Assembly: GCA_040386535.1 (NCBI GenBank)
Contig: JAZKFH010000039.1
Location: 92,474-156,473 of the forward strand
Length of the DNA: 64,000 nt
Reading direction: 5' to 3'
From: Myxococcota bacterium
Lineage (GTDB): Bacteria > Myxococcota_A > UBA796 > SXON01
The notes under the pieces are model-generated. The model was not told the DNA's origin and ran no database searches. It saw only the letters and a program-made list of their open reading frames with translations. Positions 12,455-21,108 of the stretch are shown here, one piece after another (within the stretch, counting starts at the first letter, position 1; each line of letters starts with the position of its first letter). The translations under genes and the position numbers were made by a program.

Positions 12455-13705
12455 TCAGCGCCACATGTGCAGGAACAACAGCGTCTGCCACGTGCCCCGG
12501 GAGATCGGCAGCTCGGCCCAGATCGGCACGTAGAGCACGAAGACGGTCGCGACGACGCCGAGGACCACCCAGCCGAGACGCGGGCGCATGCGGAAGAGGC
12601 GCGCAGTGGCGCCCGCAAGCAGGATCACCCCGAAGACGTAGGCGGGGAGGTAGTGGTAGACGTAGGAGTCGCGGCGCGTGACCACCCACGGCAGGATCGG
12701 CAGCGCCCAGAGCAGCAGCAGCCAGCAGATCGCCCGCGCGTCCGCGCCGAACAGGCCGGGGGCCGTCTCACGGACCCGGGCGATCCACGCGCGCGGCGAA
12801 CGGAGGACGCTCACGATGGTTCCGAGCACCACCAGCTCGCTCCCCCACCACACGGCGAGGTTGCCGAGCGAGTTCATGGTGCGGATCACGCCGTCCGCCT
12901 TGTCCAGCCGCATGACGACGGGCCGCACCGGCAGGAACCACGTGTACCAGGGGGAGACCCAGCGGTGGGTCCACTCGGTCTTGGTGAGGTGCTCGTTGTA
13001 GAGCCGCGCCGTGTGGGTGACCACGTCCATCGGCGAGGAGAGCAGGTCGTTCGCGGCGAGTCCGGCGGCGAAGAGCAGCCAGTAGGTCAGCGGCGCGAAG
13101 GCCACGAACGCGAGGGTGGACCGCGGGAGGCCGTTGGCGAAACACGCCAGGATCACGGGCACGAGCGCCACGATCCCGCTGAACTTCACGCACGCGGCCG
13201 CCCCCGCGAGCATGGCCGCGATCCCGACGTGCGCCGGCCGCCGCGCGGTGAACGAGACGAGCGCGCTCGCCAGGATCAACGCGGTGAGGGGGCCGTCGAG
13301 CAGGGCGGTGCGCGAGTACACGAGCAGGAAGCCGTCGGCCGCCACGAAGGCCGCGGCGAGCACGGCCGCGATGCGATCGCGGAAGATCGCCCGGGCGAGG
13401 GCAGCCGCGAGGCCGATGTTGGCGAGCCCGGCCAGGAAGCTCGGGACGCGCCACGCCCACGGGTGGTCCCCGAACACGCCGATCGCGAACGCCATCAGGA
13501 GCTTGCCGAGCGGCGGGTGGTCGTTGCCGTCGCGGTAACTCACGAGGTAGCGGCGGGCGTTCTTGACGAAGTGCCGCTCGTCGAAGCTGAACTCGACGGG
13601 CAGGTCGAGGTTGCGCGCGCGGAAGTAGATCCCCACCCCGACGAGGAGCGCGCAGAGGAGCCACAGCCAACGCTCGCCGCGGAGTGGGGTTGGACCAGCG
13701 TTCAC
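12455..13705 (-). CDS. Lipid-carrier-dependent glycosyltransferase (PMT/GT39-like protein O-mannosyltransferase)
   Basis: FSFDERHFV, NDHPPLGKLL, WAWR, SRTALLD, KFSG, H-x3-SPW, YVYHYLP; many TM helices. Confidence 0.85.
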   Translation of the reverse strand: MNAGPTPLRGERWLWLLCALLVGVGIYFRARNLDLPVEFSFDERHFVKNARRYLVSYRDGNDHPPLGKLLMAFAIGVFGDHPWAWRVPSFLAGLANIGLAAALARAIFRDRIAAVLAAAFVAADGFLLVYSRTALLDGPLTALILASALVSFTARRPAHVGIAAMLAGAAACVKFSGIVALVPVILACFANGLPRSTLAFVAFAPLTYWLLFAAGLAANDLLSSPMDVVTHTARLYNEHLTKTEWTHRWVSPWYTWFLPVRPVVMRLDKADGVIRTMNSLGNLAVWWGSELVVLGTIVSVLRSPRAWIARVRETAPGLFGADARAICWLLLLWALPILPWVVTRRDSYVYHYLPAYVFGVILLAGATARLFRMRPRLGWVVLGVVATVFVLYVPIWAELPISRGTWQTLLFLHMWR

Positions 13706-13751
13706 GGCGCTGCCTACTCCGTGGGGGCCGCGGGCACCACGGCCGAGCGCC

Positions 13752-13790
13752 TCCCAAAAGCGGAGACGCCGCCCCCCGAAGGGGACGGCG
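13752..13790 (-). terminator. Probable intrinsic terminator downstream of the repeat lipoprotein gene
   Basis: Minus strand CGCCGTCCCC-TTCG-GGGGGCGGCG stem with a UUCG tetraloop, followed by TCTCCGCTTTT, about 30 nt after the stop at 13821. Confidence 0.6.
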
Positions 13791-13820
13791 CCGTGGTCTC
13801 GAGCGGGGTTCAGGCGGTCG

Positions 13821-16800
13821 CTACTCGCACACGAAGTGCATCTCCAGGAAGCACGCCCAATCGTTCCATTGTCCGCTCTCGCCGTCCATGGCCCCGCAGT
13901 GCTCGATGCCGTCGCCGTTGTCGGGCGCGCCGCCGGTCCAGTTGGTGAAGCTCGGCGACGTGCCGTCTTCCCACACGAACTCGCCTTCGGTCGCGAGGTC
14001 GGAGATGCCGATCCAGGTGTGGCCCGCGCCCCAGCTGGTCATCGTCGTGACGAGGGCGGTGTTCTCCGCCGCGTCGTCGACGGTCACCAGGTTCGAGCCG
14101 AGCGCCGCGCACACCTCCGCGGCCTGCTCCCACGGGAGGGGGCTGCACGCGAGGTAGCCGTCCAGCTCGGAGCAGCCGTAGCAGGAGGGCTCGTCGTCCT
14201 CGAGCCCGGAGCAGTCCTGGTCGATGCCGTCGTCGCAGGTCTCGGCGGCGCCGGGGTAGGTCCCCACGTTGTCGTCGTCGCAGTCCCCGTCGATGGGCGC
14301 GAACCCTTCCGTCGCTACGCACGCGACCTCGGTGGCCTCCGCGATCCCGACCCCGTCTCCGTCCACGTCCTGGTAGAAGGTCTGCATGTCGACCGCGGAC
14401 TCGTCCACCGCGCCGTCGCAGTCGTCGTCCGTCGTGTTGCACAGCTCGTCAGCGCCCGGGAAGATCGTGCCGTCCACGGCGTCACAATCGGTGGCGTCCG
14501 CGAGGTAGCCGGCGGGCGCGGCGCACGCGTCCCGGCTGTCGGCGGGGTCGCCGTACGTGTCGGCGTCGGCGTCGGCGTACCACGTGGGCGCGTCGATCGC
14601 GGACTCGTCGGTCGAGCCGTCGCAGTCGTTGTCGGCGCTGTCGCAGATCTCCGGCGCGCCGGGGTTCACGGCCGCGTTGTCGTCGACACAGTCACGGTCG
14701 TCCGCGACGTAACCGGCCGGCTGCTCGCAGTGGATGCCGGCGTTGTAGACATCCCCGTACCCGTCGGCGTCCGCGTCCGCGTACCAGGTGAGGGCGTCGG
14801 CGGCCGAGCTCTCGTCCACGAGGCCGTTGCAGTCGTTGTCCGTGCCGTCGCAGAGCTCGTCGCCGCCGGGCTGGGCGCCGGCGTCCGTGTCGTCGCAGTC
14901 GCCGCCGGTCGCGATGAAGCCGTCCGGCGCGTCGCAGCTGTGGGAGACGTAGTTGCCGCCGGCGCCGTCGGCGTCCGCGTCCATGAACCACAGGGTGGCG
15001 TCGTAGGCGCCGATGTCGACGAGGCCGTCGCAGTTGTTGTCCACGTCGTCGCAGGACTCGCGGGCGGACGGAGAGACGGCGGCGCTCGTGTCGTCGCAGT
15101 CCATGGCGTGGGGGAGGTAGCCCACGGGGGGGAGGCACGCGGCGACGGGCGCGAGGGCGTTGCCGTAGCCGTCGGCGTCGGCGTCGGCGTACCACGTCGG
15201 CGCGCCGATGGCCGTCGCGGGGTCGACCGTGCCGTCACAGTCGTTGTCCAGGCCGTCGCACACCTCGGGCGCGCCGGGGTGGGCGCTGGGCATCCAGTCG
15301 AGGCAGTCGGTCGCGTCGGTGACGTAGCCGGCGGGAGCGTCGCAAGCGGCGTAGGGTGCGGCGCCGTTGCCGAAGCCGTCGGCGTCCATGTCGGGGTACC
15401 AGGTCAGCGCGTCGGTAGACCAGGAGGGGTCGACGATGCCGTCACAGTCGTTGTCGACCTCGTCGCACGTCTCGGTCGCGCCGGGGAACGTGGTGGCGAC
15501 CGTGTCGTCGCAGTCTTGCGGCGTGCCGGCGTAGCCAGCGGGCATCTCGCACGCGAAGACGAGGGTGAAGGGGCTCCCGAAGTGGTCGCCGTCGGCGTCC
15601 ACGAACCAGGGCCTGGTGCCCATGGAGGTGGCGGGGTCGACCGTGCCGTCACAGTCGTTGTCCACCTCGTCGCACGTCTCGGGCGCGCCGGGGAAGGTGG
15701 TGGCGACGGCGTCGTCGCAGTCGGTGGCGTCGGCGAGGTAGCCGGCGGGGGCGTCGCAAGCGGCCATGGTCATCGCGGCGTTGCCGAAGCCGTCGGCGTC
15801 GGCGTCGGCGTGCCAGGTCGACGCGTCGGTGGCCTCCTGGTCGATCGTTCCGTCGCAATCGTCGTCGCGCTCGTTGCAGACCTCGTCGGCGCCGGGGAAC
15901 ACGGCGGCGTCGGTGTCGTCGCACTCCTCGCAGGCGGCGAACCCGTCGGCGTCCTCGTCGGCGAAGCCGACCGAGCCGTCACAGTTGTAGTCGGCCGGAT
16001 CTGTGCAGTCGTCTTCGAGGACGCCCGGGTTGTAGGCGGCGTCCGCGTCGTCACAGTCGGTCGCGTCGGCGACGAACTCCGCGGGTGCGTCGCAAGCGAC
16101 CACGGCCTCGGTGATGTCGCCGAAGCCGTCGTTGTCGATGTCGGCGTACCACGTCGATGCGTCCGTGGCCGACGAGGGATCGACCGTGCCGTCACAGTCG
16201 TTGTCCACCTCGTCGCAAATCTCGGGCGCGCCGGGGAACGTGCTCGCGACCGTGTCGTCGCAGTCCGTCGCGTCGGCCACGAAGCCGGCGGGCGCGTCGC
16301 AAGCGGCCATGGGCGCGGCGGGGTCGCCGAAGCCGTCGTTGTCAGCGTCGGCGTACCAGACCAGCGCGTCGGTGGACGAGGCGGGGTCGACCGTGCCGTC
16401 ACAGTCGTTGTCCACGCCGTCGCACGTCTCGGGGGCGCCGGGGAAGGTGCTGGCGACCGTGTCGTCGCAGTCCTCGCACGCGGCGGTGCCGTCGGCGTCC
16501 GCGTCGGCGAACTCCACCGAGCCGTCACAGTTGTAGTCGGCGGCATCGGTGCAGTCCGGCTCGATCATGCCGGGGTTGTAGGCGGCGTCGGCGTCGTCGC
16601 AGTCGGTGGCGTCGGACACGTAGCCGGCGGGCGCGTCGCAAGCGGCGAAAGCCTCGGTGGCGTCGCCGAAGCCGTCGGTGTCCACGTCGGCGTACCAGGC
16701 GGACATGTCCAGCGCGTCCTGGTCGGCCGTGCCGTCACAGTCGTTGTCCACGGTGTCGCAGACCTCGTCGGCGCCGGGGAACACGGCGGCGTCGGTGTCG

Positions 16801-17753
16801 TCGCACTCCTCGCACGCGGCGAAGCCGTCGGCATCGGCGTCGGCGAAGCCGACCGAGCCGTCACAGTTGTAGTCGGAAGGATCGGTGCAATCGTCCTCGA
16901 CCGCGCCGGGGTTGTAGGCGGCGTCGGCGTCGTCACAGTCGGTCGCGTCGGCGGCGAACCCCTCGGGGACCGCGCAGGCGGCCACGGTGTCGGCCACGTC
17001 GCCGAAGCCGTCGGCGTCGCCGTCGGCGTACCAGGTCGACGCGTCGAGGGCGCCCTGATCGACGGTTCCGTCGCAATCGTCGTCACGCTCGTTGCAGAGC
17101 TCGTCCGCCCCGGGGAACACGGCGCCGTCGGCGTCGTCGCAGTCCTGGCACGCGGCCACGCCGTCGGCGTCCGCATCGGCGAACCCGACCGAGCCGTCAC
17201 AGTTGTAGTCGGCCGGGTCCGTACAATCGGCCTCGACCGCGCCCGGGTTGAACGCGGCGTTGCCGTCGTCACAATCGGTCGCTTCGGCCACGAAGCCGGC
17301 GGGCGCGTCGCAAGCGGCGACAGCATCGGAGATGTCGCCGAAGCCGTCGACATCGAGGTCGACGTACCAGGTCACGGCGTCGAGCGCGCCCTGATCGACC
17401 GTGCCGTCACAGTCGTCGTCGACCGTGTTGCAGCGCTCGTCCGCGCCCGGGTGGATCGCGGCGTTCGTATCGTCACAATCAGCGGCGGCGTCGAAGCCAT
17501 CCGCGTCGAGATCGACCGGCACCGCGGTGTCGGTGTCGTCGGTGTCGTCGGTGTCGTCGGTGTCGTCGGTGTCGTCGGTGTCATCGGTGTCGTCGGTGTC
17601 GTCGGTGTCGTCGGTTTCGTCGGTGTCGTCGGTGTCGTCGGTGTCGTCGGTGTCGGTGTCGTCGATGATGACGCTGGTGTCGTCGTCTTTCGGTTCCACT
17701 TCGGGTGCGGGACATGCGGCGAGGGCGAGCAGGGCGAGTATCGAGAGGCGCAC
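13821..17753 (-). CDS. Large surface lipoprotein: about 18 Asp/Cys-rich putative metal-binding (MopE-related) repeats and a C-terminal C-type lectin domain
   Basis: GTG 17753 after an AGGAG RBS; lipobox LAA-C; DDT linker; repeated DxDxDG...DCDD...PG..E.C...DxDCDG units; CTLD motifs WIGISD, W-x-GGAPDN, EHC, WND, FVCE. Confidence 0.85.
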   Translation of the reverse strand: MRLSILALLALAACPAPEVEPKDDDTSVIIDDTDTDDTDDTDDTDETDDTDDTDDTDDTDDTDDTDDTDDTDDTDTAVPVDLDADGFDAAADCDDTNAAIHPGADERCNTVDDDCDGTVDQGALDAVTWYVDLDVDGFGDISDAVAACDAPAGFVAEATDCDDGNAAFNPGAVEADCTDPADYNCDGSVGFADADADGVAACQDCDDADGAVFPGADELCNERDDDCDGTVDQGALDASTWYADGDADGFGDVADTVAACAVPEGFAADATDCDDADAAYNPGAVEDDCTDPSDYNCDGSVGFADADADGFAACEECDDTDAAVFPGADEVCDTVDNDCDGTADQDALDMSAWYADVDTDGFGDATEAFAACDAPAGYVSDATDCDDADAAYNPGMIEPDCTDAADYNCDGSVEFADADADGTAACEDCDDTVASTFPGAPETCDGVDNDCDGTVDPASSTDALVWYADADNDGFGDPAAPMAACDAPAGFVADATDCDDTVASTFPGAPEICDEVDNDCDGTVDPSSATDASTWYADIDNDGFGDITEAVVACDAPAEFVADATDCDDADAAYNPGVLEDDCTDPADYNCDGSVGFADEDADGFAACEECDDTDAAVFPGADEVCNERDDDCDGTIDQEATDASTWHADADADGFGNAAMTMAACDAPAGYLADATDCDDAVATTFPGAPETCDEVDNDCDGTVDPATSMGTRPWFVDADGDHFGSPFTLVFACEMPAGYAGTPQDCDDTVATTFPGATETCDEVDNDCDGIVDPSWSTDALTWYPDMDADGFGNGAAPYAACDAPAGYVTDATDCLDWMPSAHPGAPEVCDGLDNDCDGTVDPATAIGAPTWYADADADGYGNALAPVAACLPPVGYLPHAMDCDDTSAAVSPSARESCDDVDNNCDGLVDIGAYDATLWFMDADADGAGGNYVSHSCDAPDGFIATGGDCDDTDAGAQPGGDELCDGTDNDCNGLVDESSAADALTWYADADADGYGDVYNAGIHCEQPAGYVADDRDCVDDNAAVNPGAPEICDSADNDCDGSTDESAIDAPTWYADADADTYGDPADSRDACAAPAGYLADATDCDAVDGTIFPGADELCNTTDDDCDGAVDESAVDMQTFYQDVDGDGVGIAEATEVACVATEGFAPIDGDCDDDNVGTYPGAAETCDDGIDQDCSGLEDDEPSCYGCSELDGYLACSPLPWEQAAEVCAALGSNLVTVDDAAENTALVTTMTSWGAGHTWIGISDLATEGEFVWEDGTSPSFTNWTGGAPDNGDGIEHCGAMDGESGQWNDWACFLEMHFVCE
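17527..17665. repeat. 9-bp tandem repeat (GTCGTCGGT)n encoding a (DDT)n acidic linker
   Basis: More than a dozen near-perfect 9-bp units read directly from the sequence. Confidence 0.9.
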
Positions 17754-17993
17754 GAGGAATCTCCTGGAGAAGGGGAGGAAAAGGGGGAGAGGCTCCCTCT
17801 GTCGTCCGCAGGCCCGCCCGCTTGAGTAGATTCTGTCGCCCGTCCTGGGGCAGGGGCTCCGCCCCCGCAACGCCCCGGAGGCAGGGCCCCGAGCGCTTCG
17901 CCGCCCAGAACGGCCCGAGCGTGGCTCAAACCTGGCTCACGTGTGCCAAACCGCGCGCGGCGCCGATAGAGCGCGGGCCCGAGGAGACGCGCC

Positions 17994-18971
17994 GTGAACG
18001 AGCCTGCCGCCCTGGCCCCGCCGGACACCGTCGGCCACGCCGAAACCGTCGCGACACGCCGCTTCTTCCCGAACCACGTGGTCGTCTGGCGGGGGGCGCG
18101 GCGCCGCGTCGTGTGGTTCGGGGTGTTCGCGGGCGCGGCGGTGGCGGTCGGGGTCGCCTCCGTGGCGGCGTGGCTCGCGGGGGCGGGGATCGCGCCCGGC
18201 GCCGTGCTCCCGGTGCTCTTCGGGGCGCTGGTGCCCGGGATCGTGATCGGCTCCCGCGGGTGGGCCGTCGCCGTCGATCTGCGCACGCGCCCGTTGCGGG
18301 AGGCGCTGTCGAGGACGGGCTTCGCCTTCCAGGGCGGCCTCCTCGGCGTCGCGATGATGTTGCCGCTCGCCGCGGCCCTCGCCGGGGTCCATCCGCTCGT
18401 GCTGACCGACGTGTGCGCGTTGGCGCTCCCGGCGGCGCACGCCGTGGGGCGGCTCGGGTGCCTGACATACGGGTGCTGCTACGGCCGCCCGACCGACGCC
18501 CCCTGGGCCATGCGCTATCGGTGCCACGAGGCCAAGGCGGTCTGGGAGGGTGGCCTTCACGACATCGCGCTCCACCCGACGCCGCTCTACCAGGTGGCGG
18601 GCTGCCTCCTGCACGCGGCGTTCCTCGCGGCGGTCACGACGGTGCCGGGGCCGGTCGGCGTCGTGACCGGCACCTACCTCGTCGTGGGGGCGGCGGGCCG
18701 GTGGGTGCTCGAGCACTTCCGGAGCTCGACCGTGCGGCCCACGCCCTTCCAGCGGTTCGCGCTCCTCCAGGGCGCCGTCGGGCTGCTGGTCCTGGGCACG
18801 TCGGCCCTGCTGGTCGGCTCCGCGATCGTGCCGATGGCGCCGTGGTCCAACGGGCCCGCCGCGTGGAGCGACGCGCTGGGCGGCGGCGCCTGGATCTGGG
18901 CGCTGCTCGCGGGGGTCGGCGTGGCCGTGCCGCTGGCCATCCAGGGCCGCGCGCCGGGCGTGTTCCGATGA
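17994..18971 (+). CDS. Lgt-family (prolipoprotein diacylglyceryl transferase-like) membrane protein, divergent paralogue
   Basis: GRLGCLTYGCCYGRPT, PWAMRY, HPTPLYQ, RWVLEHFR match Lgt signature regions; multiple TM helices. Confidence 0.75.
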   Translation: MNEPAALAPPDTVGHAETVATRRFFPNHVVVWRGARRRVVWFGVFAGAAVAVGVASVAAWLAGAGIAPGAVLPVLFGALVPGIVIGSRGWAVAVDLRTRPLREALSRTGFAFQGGLLGVAMMLPLAAALAGVHPLVLTDVCALALPAAHAVGRLGCLTYGCCYGRPTDAPWAMRYRCHEAKAVWEGGLHDIALHPTPLYQVAGCLLHAAFLAAVTTVPGPVGVVTGTYLVVGAAGRWVLEHFRSSTVRPTPFQRFALLQGAVGLLVLGTSALLVGSAIVPMAPWSNGPAAWSDALGGGAWIWALLAGVGVAVPLAIQGRAPGVFR

Positions 18972-20023
18972 TCGGCGTGTGGGCCGTCGGCGCCGGGGCC
19001 GTGGGCTGGGCGGGCGCCCTGGTCGGGCTCGGCGGGGTCCTCGGCCTCCGCGGGCTCGCACCGGGCGGCCGCCGCGAGGTGGCGCTCGCCGCGGCCCTCG
19101 GGATCGTCGGCCTCGGCGCGGCCACGGCGGCGCCGGGTGGGCTCACGTTGGGGCTCACGCTCGGCCTCCCGCTCGCGGTCGTCGCGAGCCTCGCGCGTTC
19201 GGCCCTGGCGCGCCTCGACCCCGACCGCCCCTTTCGCGAGGCGGAGGTCCGGGTGGGGGAGGGGCGGTGGCGGCTCGGGCCGGCGCGGGCGCGCCTCGGG
19301 GTGGTCGTCCTCCACGGCGGCGGCAACGACCGCTTCTACGGGCTCTGGTACCTCTACGATCGGCTGCTGGCGCTGGGCGCCGTCGTCGAGATGGTCGACC
19401 TGCCGGGGCACGGGCGGGAGGGGGCCGACACGTTCTCCGTCGCCGCCGGGCGCGCGCGGGTCGACGCGGCGGTGGCCTCGGTCGCCGCCGACGCCGACCG
19501 TGTCGTGATCCTGGGGCAGAGCCTCGGCGGGGCGTTCGCGCTGGACGCGGCGGCCCGCGGCACCCGCGCGCACGCGGTGGTCTCGGTCTCGGCGCCCTAC
19601 ACCCTCGCGCTCGGCGCCACGATGCTCCGCGAGGCCCGCGCGCTCGCCGGCGAGGGGCTCTGGCGCACCCTCCGCTACGGCACCACCGCCGAGATCCTGC
19701 CCGCCGTCGGCGGCTTCCGCCGCGCCCACTTCCCCATCCGCGGGGCCGGCGCGGACTACGTCGCCACCTTCCGCGCGGCGCTCGCCGAGATGGACCTGCT
19801 CTCGACCCTCGCCGCGGCGCGGGTCCCCCTGCTCGTGGCGCACGGCACGTGGGACGGCGTGATCGGCCCCGTCCAGGGCGAGCGCATCGCCGCCGCCGCG
19901 CCCGGCGCGCGTCTGTTGCCGCTCCCCGGCCGCACGCACCTCGACCCGCTGCTCGATCGCGCGGCGGTCGATACGTTGCTGGCCTGGCTCGCCGAACCTC
20001 CGTCGGCCCCGGAGGCTTCGTGA
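18968..20023 (+). CDS. Membrane-anchored alpha/beta hydrolase (lipase/thioesterase-like)
   Basis: About three N-terminal TM helices, LHGGG, DLPGHG, nucleophile GQSLGG, HGTWDGVI (Asp), RTHLD (His). ATG 18968 overlaps the upstream stop (ATGA). Confidence 0.85.
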   Translation: MIGVWAVGAGAVGWAGALVGLGGVLGLRGLAPGGRREVALAAALGIVGLGAATAAPGGLTLGLTLGLPLAVVASLARSALARLDPDRPFREAEVRVGEGRWRLGPARARLGVVVLHGGGNDRFYGLWYLYDRLLALGAVVEMVDLPGHGREGADTFSVAAGRARVDAAVASVAADADRVVILGQSLGGAFALDAAARGTRAHAVVSVSAPYTLALGATMLREARALAGEGLWRTLRYGTTAEILPAVGGFRRAHFPIRGAGADYVATFRAALAEMDLLSTLAAARVPLLVAHGTWDGVIGPVQGERIAAAAPGARLLPLPGRTHLDPLLDRAAVDTLLAWLAEPPSAPEAS

Positions 20024-21108
20024 GCGCCCGCCCCTGGATCATCGACGCGACGCAGGATCGCGTGTTCCTCTTCGGCGGCGTCGCCGCGAGCGCCGCGCTC
20101 ACGCTCGCCATCCTCGTCTCGGGCGAGCTGGCGCCGTGGTGGTGGGTGTGGGTCATCGCGCTCGACGGGCCCCACCTCTTCGCGACGCTCGCCCGCACCT
20201 ACCTCGATCCCGCCGAATGGCAGGCCCGCGGCGGGCTGCTCCGTGGCTCGCTCCTCTGGTTCCTGGCCGGCCCCGCCTTCCTCGGCCTCGCCGCGATCTC
20301 CGGGTCCGGCCTGCCCGTGGCGCTGTTCCTCACCGCCGCGAGCTTGTGGGCGTGGTGGCACGTGCTGCGCCAGCACCTCGGCTTCGTGGGCCTGTACGCG
20401 CGCGTGTCGGGCGAGACCGACGCCGGGGATGCCGCCTGGGATCGCGCCGCCCTCTACACGGGCATGCTCGCGCCGTTCGTGGCCTTCGCGCTCGGCCACC
20501 CGCAAGCCCGGCCGATGCTCGGCTTGACGGGCACGCCCACCTGGGAGCCCGTCGTGGCCGCGATCCTCTGGGGGCTCACCGCCGCGGTGTCGCTCGGGTG
20601 GGGCCTCCGGGTGCTCAGCGCGCGGCGGGCGGGCCGGGCGTCCAGCGGGCCCAAAGTGGCCTACCTCGCGCTGGTCCTCGCGTGGACGGCCATCGTCCTG
20701 TCGCCGCCCATCGCCAACCGGCTCCCCATCGGGGGCATCACGATCGCGGTCACCGCGTGGCACAACGTGCAGTATCACGCGCTCGTGTGGCACTACAAAC
20801 GGAACCGCTACCGCACGGAGCCCGCCGCGCACGGGTGGGCGGCCGTCGTGGGCCGCAGCTTCCTCACCTACGCGCTCGTCGGCATCGCGTTCACGCTCGC
20901 CTACCGCCTCCCCAACTGCGGCTTCGGCTCGCCGCCGGGCTGCGCGACGGGCACGACGCCGCTGTTCGCGGGCCTGTCGTTGCCGGTGATCGGCGAGACC
21001 CTGTTCTGGGGCTTCGCGCTGCACCACTACTTCGTCGACCAGTACATCTGGCGGCCGAGCCGGGACACGCGGCTGCGGGCGGATCTGCGGCTGGTGGCGG
21101 CGGGGTAG
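20020..21108 (+). CDS. Polytopic membrane protein with conserved-looking His motifs, function unknown
   Basis: GTG 20020 (GTGA overlap); motifs DGPHLFAT, WHVLRQH, WHNVQYH, HHYFVDQYIW; about 8 TM helices. Confidence 0.75.
   Translation: MSARPWIIDATQDRVFLFGGVAASAALTLAILVSGELAPWWWVWVIALDGPHLFATLARTYLDPAEWQARGGLLRGSLLWFLAGPAFLGLAAISGSGLPVALFLTAASLWAWWHVLRQHLGFVGLYARVSGETDAGDAAWDRAALYTGMLAPFVAFALGHPQARPMLGLTGTPTWEPVVAAILWGLTAAVSLGWGLRVLSARRAGRASSGPKVAYLALVLAWTAIVLSPPIANRLPIGGITIAVTAWHNVQYHALVWHYKRNRYRTEPAAHGWAAVVGRSFLTYALVGIAFTLAYRLPNCGFGSPPGCATGTTPLFAGLSLPVIGETLFWGFALHHYFVDQYIWRPSRDTRLRADLRLVAAG

Noticed and set aside
14200..17665. Regularly spaced DNA repeats that could resemble a CRISPR array or DGR template/variable repeats
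   Set aside because: The repeats are in-frame protein modules with degenerate third positions; there are no unique spacers, cas genes or reverse transcriptase in the window.
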